Of a stretch of DNA of 64,000 nt, positions 13,788-27,857 are shown piece by piece. The stretch spans positions 109,368,001-109,432,000 of the forward strand of contig OZ024744.1 in NCBI GenBank assembly GCA_964016885.1, read 5' to 3'. Below the pieces are notes generated by a model. That model searched no databases, had not been told where the DNA came from, and saw only the letters and a list, made by a program, of their open reading frames with translations. This DNA is from Eledone cirrhosa. Its lineage: Eukaryota. Position 1 is the stretch's first letter; the number at the start of each line of letters is the position of its first letter. A program made the position numbers and the translations under genes.

Positions 13788-14373
13788 TATGAATTAGAAC
13801 CCTGTAACCATTAAGCTCTAAGTATAAAGTACAAATAAATACTAAGCCGATTAACAATATATAGTAAGAAACACAGTAAACCGTGTGTCTAAAATTACAA
13901 GGGTTGAAAAACCACATATGCTTGAAATATTTAACCAAGAAACAGACAGGATGACAAAATGAAAATAGAAATATATTATCATAATACAAACCGCCTCAAT
14001 AACCATTATATCTCTCGGACAGATTATCCCTAATCTGTTTCGCCCTGAGTGTGTTTGTAACAGATAATCCTGGGCTTCATCAGCGAGAGATTACAATTAA
14101 ATGTCACAAACACAATTTGCCAACGTTCACACAGAAAGATGAATTTATCACCTCGTGCGCCGCCAGTCAAACGTGGTAAGCGCGTATTGAACAGAAATAA
14201 CAGTCCAACACACACAACTTAATAGCTCATCCTGTAAGAGAGCCGAAATATATATATGAATTAGAACCCTGTAACCATTAAGCTCTAAGTATAAAGTACA
14301 AATAAATACTGAGCCGATTAACAATTTCAACCCTTGTAATTTTAGACACACGGTTTACTGTGTTTCTTACTAT

Positions 14374-14375
<2 letters not shown>
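13785..14375 (-). mobile_element. Short non-coding hammerhead-bearing element (non-autonomous PLE/retrozyme-like)
   Basis: Direct repeat 13785-13858/14250-14325, inverted repeat 13860-13908/14325-14374, central hammerhead, flanked by (TA)/(CATA) tracts. Confidence 0.6.
14010..14091 (-). ncRNA. Canonical type I hammerhead ribozyme
   Basis: Minus strand: atctctcg-CTGATGA-a gccc...gggc-GAAA-cagatta ggga taatctg-TC-cgagagat. 8-bp stem I, stable stem III, site GUC. Confidence 0.9.
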
Positions 14376-14466
<91 letters not shown>

Positions 14467-14467
14467 T

Positions 14468-14755
14468 AATGTAGGAGGTGAGTTTTATTGTAGTACAATA
14501 AAGCAATGCAGATATCGGCTAAGAAGCACTCTACAGTTTGTAGGACTGGAGTATACATAATATATAAGAACAAAAGATGGTTAAAAGAGTTCCATGTATT
14601 TTATTATGCGCATTTCAAAAACAAATATCATCATGCAATAATATTTGTGTTTTCATCAGATAAAACAGGAAGACATGAAATCAACATATGAAAAGTAGTT
14701 TTAGATTGATGTGTGATATTGGGAAAAATATTTTATTTTGAGGGGGGAGGATGAA
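14468..14755 (-). mobile_element. Third copy of the pseudo-LTR of 12580-12885, with hammerhead at 14599-14665
   Basis: Reverse complement of 12580-12885 with a small deletion; intact CTGATGA...GAAAtgcgcaTA. Confidence 0.8.
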
Positions 14756-14901
14756 AATGTGTGTGTGTGTAAAACTCAGTCTTAGATAATTCATATGAAC
14801 CTTACATATACATATATATAGTAGTAAAGTAATAAAGTAATAAGCAACATAAGGCAATTATTCCATTCACCAGTGGTTTCTTAAAAGCAAAAAATTATTC
14901 A

Positions 14902-16909
14902 GTGCTGATGCTATTCAGTGCTGATACTAAAGATTGTTTTGACATCAAATCCCGTAAATATCCACCTAGAATTAAAGACATGGCCAACTTCGAATTAGAC
15001 CTCGTTAATCTAATTAGTGATATCAAATTTCGTAAGTACAATAATAACTTTCAAACTAAACTTTCTAACGATATTTCTAATTTTAGAAATTCTACAAACA
15101 CTTTCGTTCTTTCTGATAAAACTAAAAATCTCTTTGAAGTTAATAGTACTTTGTATAACCAACTTTTAACTAATAGTATTACCAATAAATATCAATTAAC
15201 TAATAATAATACCTACAATACTATCAATAAAGAAGCTAAAGAACTAGCTAGTTCTTTACAAATAGATAACCGGATTGAATGCCTAGCTAAGCGTAAAGAA
15301 TATATTACCCTTAAAGACCATAAATTGGACTTTACTAATCGACCTAGTTGTAGACTGATTAAACCGGCTAAATCCGAGGTTGGCCTTGCAAGTAAGAAAA
15401 TCTTAAGAAAAATAATTCTCCAAATTAGAACTAACACTGACCTATCACAGTGGCTAAATACTTCCGCTGTTATTTCTTGGTTCAATAATATACAAGGTAA
15501 AAATAAGTGTAGATCTACCCAATTTGATATTGTCGATTTTTACCCATCTATTACTGTTTCCTTATTAACTAATGCCTTAGATTTTGCAAGACCCTTCATT
15601 AATATTTCTAAATTAGAAGAAGACATTATCTTTCATGCTAGAAAAACTTTACTCTTTACTAATGATAATATTTAGGTTAAAAAATCAAACCCTGAAAACT
15701 CTTTTGATGTTGCAATGGGTTCATATGACAGTGCGGATGTGTGTGACTTAGTAGGATTATTCCTTCTCCACACAATCAAAGAGAAATTTCCGTCCCATAA
15801 TATCGGTTTATACCGTGATGACGGATTAGCAGTTTCTCATAACACCAACGGCCATAACCTTGATAAATTCCGTAAAGATTTAATCAATACTTTTGCTAAT
15901 CTTAACCTTAAAATCACTATAGATACGAACCTTACTAATGCTAACTTTCTTGATATTAATCTTGATCTACTTACCGCCTCTTTTAAACCCTATCATAAAC
16001 CTAATGAAAATCTTAGGTATATACACAAAGAGTCTTGCCATCCCCCTATAGTTTTTAATAATCTTATTCCTAACATTAGCCGTAGGATTTCTACCTTATC
16101 TTCGTCTATAGACATTTTTAATAAAGCCGCCCCTTATTATAATAAAGCCCTTAAGAACAGCGGTTTTACAGAAAAAATTTCTTATATACCTACTCCCCCC
16201 CCCTAAAACTAACCACAATAACAGGAAAAGTAAGATTATTTGGTTCACACCCCCCTTCTCTCTAACTGTCAAAACTAATGTAGGAAGGAAATTCCTTGAA
16301 CTATTAGACAAACATTTTCCTCCTAATCATAGATATTATAAGATATTTAATAGGAACGTAGTTAAGATCAGCTACTCTTGTTGCCCATCTATGAAGTCCA
16401 AAATCACCAGTTCAAACCATACGAGAATAAATCCAGGATGCAGTTGCAGGAAACCGGATGAATGCCCATTGCAGGGTAAATGTAGCACCAAATCTGTTAT
16501 TTATGAGGCTAAGATAACACCGGTAATCAATAACCAGCCAGCCAGGAGTGAGCGATATGTCGGTATGACCCAGGACAGGTTTAAAACCAGATTTTACTCA
16601 CATGTCGCTTTTTTTAAGCACTCCGATAAACGAACATCAACGGCCCTCGCAAGTAAGGTGTGGGAACTCAAGGATAGTAACATCCCGTACTCTATTCATT
16701 GGTCTATATTAGACCATTCGAGGGAGTACCAAAGGGGCACAAAGAATTGTTCTTTGTGTACCACAGAAAAGTATAGGATTTTGCTAAACTTGAGAGCCAC
16801 TTCTGCTTGCCTTAACTCAAAGACTGAGATCTTCAGATGCTGTCCTCATCTGAAATCGCATCTGATCTGTAACTGGATTGACACTCCTATGATAAATCAA
16901 CCGCCTTGA
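14902..16909 (+). pseudogene. PLE RT-endonuclease ORF with one premature TAG (15673) and one frameshift (~16200)
   Basis: TAG stands where Trp is expected (NDNI*VKK). The frameshift is in a poly-C run and the frame continues as RKSKIIWFTPPFS. Confidence 0.88.
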
Positions 16910-17194
16910 ACTCCTTTCCTGCTCTTTACTTCTGCTACGGTTTTTATTTGCTGAATCTACGTTCTATACTCTTGTATATTTATTTTTTTCTCCCTTACCT
17001 CCCCTTATATTTCACCTTTTCCTATGTCGCCCCCCCCCCCCATATATACTTTTTGCTTTGCCCTTCACATACCTATTTGTATGTGTATGTATATTTGTGT
17101 GTATATATATATATATGTATATATGTGTGTATATATATGTATATATATATATTTGTGTGTGTATATGTATGTATATGTAGCTAGACCAGGTTTT

Positions 17195-17254
17195 TTTCAT
17201 TCTGAAGATTGAAGGAATGTTTTTTTGCTTTTAAGAAACCACTGGTGAATGGAA
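17195..17254 (+). ncRNA. Type I hammerhead in PLE pLTR, cleavage triplet GUG (probably impaired)
   Basis: tttcatt-CTGAAGA-...-GAAA-ccactgg-TG-aatggaa; sister copies have GUA. Confidence 0.7.
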
Positions 17255-17375
17255 TAATTGCCTTATGTTGCTTATTACTTTATTACTTTACTACTATATA
17301 TATGTATATGTAAGGTTCATATGAATTATCTAAGACTGAGTTTTACACACACACACATGTATATGTGTATGTGTA

Positions 17376-17457
<82 letters not shown>

Positions 17458-18013
17458 TGTATGTGTGTATGTGTGTGTTTGTATTTGGTTGTGCGTGTTT
17501 ATATGTACGTATTTGTATGTGTATAATTGTATAGCTATGTATGTATATGTATGTGTGTAAGTATACATATATGTGTGTGTGTGTATGTTTATATTTATGT
17601 ATATATATATATATATGTGTGTGTATAATTGTATACGTGTGCGTGTTTGTGCATCTATGTGTATGTATGTGTTTATGTATTTGTATATGTATATTTATGT
17701 GCGAGAGTGTGTGTATGTGTTTACTATTTCGTACGTATGTATACGTGCATTTGTGTGTATTACTTACCACGCGTGTCTGTCCAGTTAGCTGCGTTCTGTA
17801 TCGCTGTCAAAAAAATGTTTATATATATATATATTTTTTCTTATATTTATTTGCATGTGTGAATATGTAGAGGAGTGCATTTATGTATGTGTATGTATGT
17901 ACGTGTGTATATATGTACTATTGTGTGCATGTATGTATGTATGTTTATGTATGTGTGTATGGCTATGTTTGTGTATGTGTATGCTTGTACACATATATAT
18001 ATATATATATATA

Positions 18014-18060
<47 letters not shown>

Positions 18061-18267
18061 ATGTATTTATATTTATGTTTCTATGTGTATGTATGTGTGT
18101 ATATATGTGTGTGTGGTTGTATATATGTATTTGTATGTATGGATGTGTTGATATTTATGTGCGTATGTATATATGTGTTTGTGTGTATTTATATACACAT
18201 ATATGTGTGCATATATGTGTGCGTGTGTGTATGTATGAGTCTATGTATATGTATATATATGTGTATG

Positions 18268-18480
18268 TGGAAAGTTATATTTAAATTGTTGGGTTAACAA
18301 CGAGTAAATATTTATAACTGATATAAAAGCACTCAACAAGTATTTGGAGTATATTTATGATATTAAATAAATGGAAACTATATTTATAAAACCATATTTA
18401 TTTCATTATATATATTTCAGGGATATCATATTAACAATATGTTATGCCTTCTTCAGACAAAATACAATATAAACAGTCTT
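18268..18480 (-). mobile_element. PLE-type pseudo-LTR with hammerhead (18399-18464), same family as 46075-46272
   Basis: Minus strand: tattttgt-CTGAAGA-...-GAAA-tatata-TA-atgaaata, followed by the shared tail aaatatggttttataaatatagtttcc. Confidence 0.72.
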
Positions 18481-19689
18481 ATAAATAAATAGATACGACA
18501 TACCTTTCAATCGACTTGCATTTGGGAAGTTGATTTGGCAGTAAAAAATATTGTGGACAGTTGTAAAAAGAAAGAGAGAAAGAAAGAAAGAAAAACGAAG
18601 AAAAAGAAGAAATGCATGTGACTAAATAGAGAGATATAGAAAGATAGATAAAGAGAAGAACTTCATGTAAAGAAACAGAGAGAGATATATAGAGAGAGGA
18701 AAAAAAGAAAGAGATAGATAGAGATAGATAGAGAAACTAGGTAGTTGAGTATCAGTTGATACATTTATTTATTTATTTATTTATTTATTTAGCTCTAGTA
18801 TTAATGTAAAGAGAGATGTATGTAGTTAAGAGAGAAAATAGCCGTTATATAGAGAGAAAAAAAGAGAAAATGAAAAAGAGAAAATGAAAAATAACCAGAC
18901 ATAAACGAGGCAGAATTTAAAAAACGCTATGTTTCATCATGTAGAAAATATTAGTTCGTATAAAACAGGCATTATAATGTAAATATCAGTATTCATGAAT
19001 GAGACATGTATCTATAATGTGTGAAAAGTAATGATCTTATGTCTAGTTTTTAAAAATTCATATGTTTATATCATAATTATAAACAAACTCCCAATTCACA
19101 CGAAAACATTCTCATTGTGCTATAAAAATTCAAGTATACATATATGTGTGTATATATACACATATATATAGAGTCTATATTAATTTTAACAATACTATTC
19201 TTGTCTTTACTCTACATGATTATCGATCAAGCAGAAATAGAGAACAGATTTCAATATATTAATAAAAATAAAAATAAAAATAAAAATAAAAATAAAAATA
19301 AAAATAAAAATATCAGAGACAAGAAAATAAATAAATAAACAGAAAACTAAAACATTTAATATTAAAAATAAAAATATTACAAAATATTAAAAAATAATAA
19401 AAATAAAACATAGTATGCCACGCAAATCGGCCACAAAGATCAGCCTTTCAAAGTTAATTGACAATATATTGCCAAGTTCATCATAAGCATCAGAGTCAAA
19501 ACAGACAAAACAAAAATTATTTACCAAATCCTGACTAGCAGAAATCATTCCAAAAGTTTAGGATACCCAATTGGTCTACATATGTTCTTATATTTAATAT
19601 AGAAGTTTATCTAGTGTAAAATTTAATTCGATATATTTTGGAGCATCAGCATATATGTGTATGTATATGTATGTATATATATGTATATA

Positions 19690-20214
<525 letters not shown>

Positions 20215-20470
20215 TATATTCGTGTCCAGTTATTTTTTCATACCCAATAACAAAATATAAACAAAAGTATTTATTTCGCAATAAAGTATTGATTTTTTTC
20301 GCACGGAAAAAACCCGTGGTAATCTACGACGAATTTGTTTTATAAGCACCAGATGTCGACACCATCCCGAGGCCGAGGTATTCCTTACTTCTCTGTACTG
20401 TTTCGGAAAGGAGGGATAAACATGCCAATCTATATTTAGAATCTCGAGCAACGCCGGACCATTCTGCTAG
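20215..20470 (+). mobile_element. Helitron-like 3' terminus
   Basis: cgagcaacgccggaccattctgCTAG|T resembles cgagcaacgccgggctttactgCTAG|T ending at 58623. Confidence 0.6.
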
Positions 20471-20477
20471 TATATAA

Positions 20478-22225
20478 CTAAAATAGAAAAAAGATTGCTG
20501 ACCTACGAAAAACTATAGGATATGTGACAATGCTCCTTACATGCAAACAAACACAAAAAATCTCACTCCTCACCAACAAAGAGTGAAAAATAAAATATAA
20601 GCTGATCACCCTCAAACAAGAATTGAGAGCTGTCAGCGAGAAACGTCGATACCACAAGGTAGATGAAAGAAAAGTACTTAATAAAAGATTCAAACGAAAC
20701 CAAACATCAGTCTATAGAGATATGAAGGGCAAAATAATAAGTGTCACTGAGGCCCCATCCCAGAAGACACAGATTCCTTCTGGAGAAAAATATGGGGTGA
20801 AAAGAAAAAATTCAACCAAGATGCAGTGTGGTTAAAAGAAATTCAAAAGAACTATTGCTCCTACATTACAACAAAAACATACGAAATAAATGCGGATACC
20901 CTTGAGACTGTGATAGGAACACACCAGGAAGAGACATAATTGTCGGCTACTGGTACAAAAAACTGATATTCTATCGGAAGTATCTTATCGACCTCTACCA
21001 ACAAGTTCTTAAGGGAGATACACATATAGCAGAATGGTTGACATTAGCACAAGTAATACTGGTCTCCAAAAAGACAAAGTCATCCACTTGACAAAAAACT
21101 ACCGACCCATTGCATGCCAGATCCTGATGTATAAAATGTATACAGCCTGCCTGAATCTATTCCTCCAAGATCACTGTGAAAATAATAACATGAACACAGA
21201 AGAACAAGCAGCTGAAAATAAAAGTATTTGTGGGTGTGCTGAACAATTCCTAATCAACAAAACTGCAATGTCAGAGGTGCGACAACTTAGGGGGAATAGG
21301 GCTACAGTCTGGCTGGACTACAGGAAAGCTTTTGATTCTGTTCCCCACTCTTGGATGATAGAGGCCCTCCGACTTGCTAAAGTCCCAGAGCCATAGGGAA
21401 GCCATAGGGAAGCCATAGGGAAGCCATAGGGAAGCCATAGGGAAGCTGTCTTCTTCGGCTACTATCCTAAAGTTAAAGACAGAGAAGGAGGACTTTATTT
21501 TCACTGATAAAATAAAATATCACAGGGGTATATTTCAAGGAGACAGTCTCTCTGTGCTACTATTTATCCTGTCATTAAACCCCTTCTCCTTTCTGCTCAA
21601 GAAATGTGAAGGATACATCATTGGCTCACAGGAGGACAGAAATACGAACCTAACCCATAATTTCTTTGTGGAAGATCTGAAACTCTATGCCAAGAACATA
21701 AATGGGATGAAGAAAAATCTTGACCTGGATACAACATTCTCAAAAGATATAGGAATGGAGTTTGGCCAAGATAAATGCTCATACGTGACTGTAAAGCGGG
21801 GGAAAACTACAACCCAATCTAGCAACATTGTCATCAATGGCCTAACTGTTTCACCGATATCTGACAAGAACTACTACAGATATCTGGGGATAGATGAGAA
21901 TATATCCTATAATGGTATTTGTAATAAGGAACGCGTAACAAGAGAATATTACACCAAATTTAGAAAAACATGGTCATCGGAACTCTAACAGAGGCCTAAC
22001 ATCAGCTCAGACAGCATTTGAGTGTCGCATCATATCCCTCCGACAACATTCACAATCCTCGAAGCGTAGGAGCCCGTCTATCGAGCAAGTCTATCTACAT
22101 GAGACAGATAAGATAATGAGAGGGGAAGGAACTCCTTGAAAGATATTCCTTGCATGATAATCAAAACCTCACACCCAAGGAAGTTGCCCAGCAATATCAC
22201 TGCGAATCCATGGATGAAAAACTAG
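20478..22225 (+). mobile_element. Degenerate R4/Dong-like non-LTR retrotransposon (RT region)
   Basis: NYRPIAC, WLDYRKAFDSVPHSW, GIFQGDSLS, THNFFVEDLKLY, GMEFGQDKC. Homologous to 39510-42400. Confidence 0.88.
21389..21445 (+). repeat. 11-bp tandem repeat (agccataggga) x5 inside the LINE
   Basis: Directly visible. Confidence 0.95.
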
Positions 22226-23281
22226 TCCATAATTCTTATAGTAAAATTACTCATTAGGATAACATTGTTATACTCATGCTCGTCTGTTTTAGTTAGTATT
22301 TGATCTGACATAAGCAGTCTTTATCCTGACTAACAAATACAAAGTTTGTGGATAGTTAATCAATATTGTAACAACAACGTGTCTCTTGCAAGGGAAATAC
22401 AGAGTAACATTAGTCGCTCACTAATATCAGCCGGTATCTTAGATAGCTTAGAAAACTAATTACTTGTCACAGCAAATCCGATATTTTAGTGATGTCCAAC
22501 CTCTAGGTAGTATTTCCAGAAGAACTTATAACTACACTAACTAATCTCATTTAAAAGAAACTCTTCAAGTAACCTGACCCGGAAACTGTCGTCAGTGGAG
22601 GGAAGAGGAGGGTGGATGTCACCCCTTCTTTTTCAATGGTGCATTCTCAGATTTATAAAATAGAGTTTGTAATAAAATTCCTAAAGTCTTGACTTTACTA
22701 ACTTCTCTTCTCAAAACAAGAACAAAGAACAAAAAAATATTTTTTAAATTAAAAGAAATTTAACCAAAGAAGCTGGTCAAAGAATTAAAGTGTCCACTTA
22801 GAGCTCCTCTCCCATCCACGCAACAAAGCCTGGCGACGGGCCTTGCCTAGTCACATCGAGCCCAACAATTTCTACATTGTCGTAATCTCAATTTAGTGGC
22901 TTTGAAGACTGTTCGATGATGGAGTTGGTTTCAAACAGTGTTCGCATATTCCACTTCATAAGCCTGAGTGGGATATCATTTCTAATTTTACGAATTCTGT
23001 ATGAAATGTCCGAAAGCCTGTCCGAACTTTCCAATCGAGAAACTAAGCTAGGTAAATGATAGTTAGGACCTGTACATCGACTGAATAGAACGGTACGTAG
23101 TTTCCAGATATGGATTTCCTATTTACGTAAAGGTAGCTGTCACTCAATCATAGATACCAACGGACATTGCACTTTATAATCTAAAACTCTGACTAGAAGC
23201 TTCCAAAATATTTAAACATAAAACCCACAGGTAGTACCCCCCCCCCCCCCACCCCATTATGTATATATATTTTTTTTTACA

Positions 23282-23440
23282 GGTCATTCATTATATTGCA
23301 GCCATCATGCTGAGGTATCGCCTTGAAAAAAGTTTTATTCGATCATATCGATCACAGTACTTATTATTATTATTATCAAGTCTGGCACTGACCTTATCGA
23401 TTGTTGAACTGATAAGTTAGGAAACTTAAACACCGGCAGA
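23282..23440. mobile_element. Old SINE-like remnant (second family)
   Basis: gcagccatcatgctgagg..cgccttgaa..atcgatcacagtactt resembles abundant octopus short repeats. Recalled from memory, not searched. Confidence 0.35.
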
Positions 23441-23748
23441 GACAAATATGTGCGCGCGCATGTACATATTATACATGTGCGTATGTAATACATATACTCC
23501 CCCCCCCTATCTCCCTCCCCCTAGAGACATACACATATATAACCTGAACAGATTTTACAGTTATTTTGCCTTCATGCCCCCCACCCCCCTCCACTCTTCC
23601 TTTGTCATCAGATTTGAATATTTTTCTGAATTTGAACAACTGAAATCAGTTTAGTTTATAAGTCTAGATACGGACTAAATTCCTCCTCATAAATCGGAAG
23701 CCTCCACCATTAACTTTCACGCCTATCCTCTTTACATAATACACCTTT

Positions 23749-23779
<31 letters not shown>

Positions 23780-23799
23780 CAGCCAGCCAGCATCACTCA

Positions 23800-24142
23800 C
23801 ATCACCTACCACTACCACCACTGTCATTGACACCAACAACAACAACTACATCATCGTCGTCACAATTAAACATCACCAACGCCAACACCACCACCATCAG
23901 CACCACCACCATTCTCAACAGCATCATCATTACAGCCGCCATCACCACAATCACTACCACCACAACTACCTCCACCACCGCCACCACCACCACCACCATC
24001 GTCATCATCGAGTATATTTTGTCAGCTTTACAATCCTTCAAGTTAACAGCAATATTTCTTCTTCTTCTTCTTCTTCTTCTTCTTCTTCTTCTTCTTCTTC
24101 TTCTTCTTCTTCTTCTTCTTCTTCTTCTTCTTCTTCTTCTTC

Positions 24143-24191
<49 letters not shown>

Positions 24192-24192
24192 T
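23800..24192. repeat. Compound trinucleotide tract (CAC/CAT)n-(CTT)n-(AAT)n
   Basis: Directly visible. Confidence 0.95.
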
Positions 24193-24194
24193 AT

Positions 24195-24730
24195 GTTCCA
24201 GGTTCGATCTTACTACTTTGCACCTTGAGCAAGTATCTTTAAAATAGGTACCTGTCAACTCATATCTTGTGAGTGAAGTTGTCTGATAGACTGTACGGGT
24301 AATTCAAGGAGTCAGCTTTATGACGTGCTGCATAACCTTCAATCTCCCTTAGAATTACATTAGGGATGTGGAATGTGCATTACCTTCTCAAGCAGGCTGT
24401 TCTTTTGATCAGTAGACTTCCATTGTCTTTTACGATGTGACTTCCAGTTGTTTGATCAATGAAACAGCCGGCTCCTGAAATTAATGTGTAAGTGGCTGAG
24501 TATTCCGCAGACATGAATTCACTTAATGTGATTCTCCAGCATCACAAAGTGTATGACAAAACAGGCCTTTTGAACTATAGATACATTCCTTTGTCCATCT
24601 ATCTAATATCACTGACAAGACATGGGCTAGTTGAGGCTATGGTAAAGATACTTGTCAAAGGTACCAAGCAGTGGAATCGAACCCGGGACTTAATTATTGT
24701 GAAGTGAACTTCTTAAACATTCAGCCATGC
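24195..24730. mobile_element. Old tRNA/CORE-type SINE remnants
   Basis: ggttcgatc..caccttgagcaagt on the plus strand (24200-24236); acttgtcaaaggt..ggaatcgaaccc, a minus-strand B-box/CORE-like piece (24650-24730). Confidence 0.45.
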
Positions 24731-27442
24731 TACGTTTTTCATCTTTTGTTTTTCATCCCGCAGGATGTCCAAATCACCCCCCTCTCTTGGTTGAGTTTCC
24801 GGTTTGGTCGCCAACGACCCGACCATGTTAATATTTTAATCTTTTTTTTTATTTTTTAACCTTTAATTTTTTTGTGGTGAGGTATAGCCCCATAACCTTG
24901 GTGATCTACCTAAGAGAAGGAGAACTCCAACGTAAAACCTGAGGTTTATGAAGTATTCAGTGTTGTTATACTATTTGTCACACTGAATAGCAACTTCATG
25001 CATCAAAGAGCGGAGGTAGTGCTGTGCAAGCTACATCCACTTTAAAATAATATTTCATACAGTTACTTCTTGTAGACTTTCCTCGTTATTTAAGATCGTA
25101 ACGAGGGGTTGGCAATAATTTAAAAATGCATCCATAATTCTAATTGAAATGTCAAGCACAAAATCATTAAATGGTAGAAAGGGCTTAGGATCTTGTGATG
25201 AACAGGTCCGGGCCGGCAGGCGCCCTAGGATGCTACAGCCTTGGACCGATCGTCACCCTGCTACTGTGTCAAACCAAACAGAAAAAATCAACCCAGAAGG
25301 AAATCTATTGTCAGTATGAAGTTTTCTTGTTGATATGTAAGTATTCTCTTAGATAACAATAGGTCTGATAGAACAAAACGTCGCACAGCATTAATTGCTA
25401 AAGAAATTGATAAATGTGATCTGGCGGTCGTTGAATTATCTGATACACCTCAACCCGGAGATGGCGAACTTACTGTAAAGCTATTAGGTTACACTTTCTT
25501 TTGTAAAGGTCTGTCTGAACGGCAAAGGAGGGATTCAGGTGTTGGTTTTGTTATTAAAAACTCAATCCTAGACTATATCCAAGAATTTCCTAGCGGTTTA
25601 TCCGGATGCATAAAATCTTTCCGGTTCCAGCGAAAAGCTCGATTCCTGACAATTGTGAGTGTTTACACACCGACAATGTCACATTCCATTTAAAGCTTTG
25701 AAAATTTTTATCAGGATCTTGGGAACTTGGTGCAAAAAGTTCCCAGGGAAGAGTGGGAGTAGATCATGTAACGTGGCCTGTTTTGGGGAAGCATGACACT
25801 GGAAAATGCAACGAAAATGGACTATGTCTTCTCACATTTTGTACCGAACACAATATGGACAAAGTTGAGAGAATGGACAACCTTCCAGTCATCGAGGAAA
25901 TGTCTTTTCAGCCGGCAGTAGATGATATCTCCGCAGCCATGAAGAAATTAAATAACAATAAATCGCTCGGTATCGATGGTATTAGTTCAGAAATATTGAA
26001 TTTGGTGGTCAAAGGATGATCGAAATGCTTCACTCACTACTTTTTGTTGGATGGGGGAGAAAGTACCACAGGACTTGGTCGATGCTATTTTAATATAAAT
26101 GTTTAAATCCGCCTTAAAGATTTATGTGGTAAATTTCATGGCATATCTTTGTTAACCGTTGTTGGAAAAGCACTATTGTATATTCTTTCAGAGCATCTTT
26201 CCTAATTCATCGTTCCAAGAGCTATGTCAGAATGACATTTCGCCTCTCTCGCCCAACAGTTGACATAATTTTCACTATCCGTCATCTACAAAAAAAATGC
26301 ATGGAGTAAAGCATGTGGTTATATCACTGCATTGTAAACCTTAGCAAAGCGTTCAACACTATTAATAGGACTGCATTGCGGTTGATGTTGGAAACATTTG
26401 GCTGTCCTGAAAAGTTTGTGAATAAGATTAAAGCCCTCTATAATGATATGAAGGCTCGTATTAATTTTGGTTGTAGTCTTTCAGAAACATTTGAAGTAGA
26501 AAATGGAGTAAGGCAGAGTGACCATGAAGCACCAGCATTTGCAGCATCAACAGACGGAGTCTTTATCCGATATTGCTCTTCAAGCAATGTGTTGAATTTG
26601 ACTAGAATGAGATTTGACTCTAAAGACTTCACCTCTTTGATCTGTGATCTTCTCTATGCAGATGATTGTGACCTAATAAATCACATTGAGGAGGACTTGC
26701 AAAGACTGATCAGTGGTTTCGACACTGCTTTTGATGTGTTCGGTCGTACAATTAATTTGGAAAAGACTGTTTTAATGCATCAACCTGGTCCTGGGGAGCG
26801 GACAACTGCACCTCGAATCCTCGTTAAGGACGGTAACCACTTTTGAATACCTTGGCAGTAGGATAGAAGCTGATGGCAAAGTGGATACTGAAATCACATC
26901 TCGTATACAAAAGCATTTGATGGACTAGACATTAAAGTCTGGCCACAATGTCACATTAGATTGGAGACTAAGATTGGTGTATACGTCTCATTTGTACTCT
27001 CTGTACTAGTGTATTGACCCAAGACATGGACCTTCTTCACACGGCTAGTTAAAATGTTGGAACAGTTTAACCAAAAAATGCCTCCGACATAAACACAAAA
27101 TAAGCTGGAACACATTTATTGTTACTTGGGCAAAAGTTACATTTACTCAAGCTATGCTTATTAGGAATCAGTTAAGATGGACAGGTCACTTGATTCGTAT
27201 GGGTGACGGACACAACCACAAGAAAATGTTTTCTCCAAGCTGGTTGAATACTAAACCAAGGAGGAGATACAGAGACTCTCAAAACGTGAACTTAAAATGC
27301 CTTAAAATGTCCTACAAAAATCTTGAATCATGTGCAACAGATAGAGTGGCCTAGAGAAATGCCATTTGGAATGGAGTTATGGCATTTGAAATGAAGATGG
27401 TAAAACATGTAGATCTGAAAAGTGCAGAAGAATGAGACCGAC

Positions 27443-27634
27443 AATAATTGTTTCTACGTTAGGGACAAGGCCAGCAACTACCCAGTGCATTACTGGTACT
27501 TTATTTTATCGACCCCGTAAGGATGAAAGGCAAAGTTAACCTTGGCAGGATTTGAACTCAGAATGGCAAGGGCCGTAACTCTATACATCAAAGCATGGCG
27601 TCCGATCCTCTACCAATACTGCCAATCCACCGCC
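27443..27634 (-). mobile_element. SINE family S, full length
   Basis: From the GGCGGTGGATTGGCAGTATTGG head to the tail; AAT repeats on both sides. Confidence 0.9.
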
Positions 27635-27857
27635 CTAATAATAATAATGATGAATCTTACCCAGCAGTGGTTTTCAAATGCCCTGTGCACCGTAAGGGGT
27701 GCTTTCAAATGCTGGCTTGAAGTCACACCAATAAACACATGATGGTAAAGTCTTAAGTTAACTATTTAAACTTTGTTCCAGTTCCGTCTGCAAATCAGGT
27801 TGAAGTGACATCTGAACATAATAAACGAACAAAAAGTGGAAACAAGAACGAAATTGA

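Larger units (their letters stand above)
14757..17355 (+). mobile_element. Penelope-like element (RT + C-terminal GIY-YIG), 5'-truncated with inverted partial pLTR; possibly Naiad-type
   Basis: ORF pieces 14902-16909: FDIVDFYPSI, MGSYDSADVCDLVG, GLYRDDGL, FLDINLDL, CSCRKPDECPLQGKC, VIYEA...YVGMT...RFYSH. 14757-14893 is the reverse complement of 17222-17355. The clade assignment is an inference. Confidence 0.92.

Noticed and set aside
14902-16909. Selenoprotein-encoding PLE, as known for some Naiad elements
   Set aside because: The interruptions are a TAG at a Trp position and a frameshift. No in-frame TGA at Cys positions was seen and no SECIS was identified.
12799-18297. Many YI/CV/HT-rich ORFs here and throughout the window
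   Set aside because: Products of (TA)n, (CA)n and (TATG)n repeats; no domain content.
27443-27634. tRNA gene
   Set aside because: The A/B boxes belong to a multi-copy SINE head; no complete cloverleaf.
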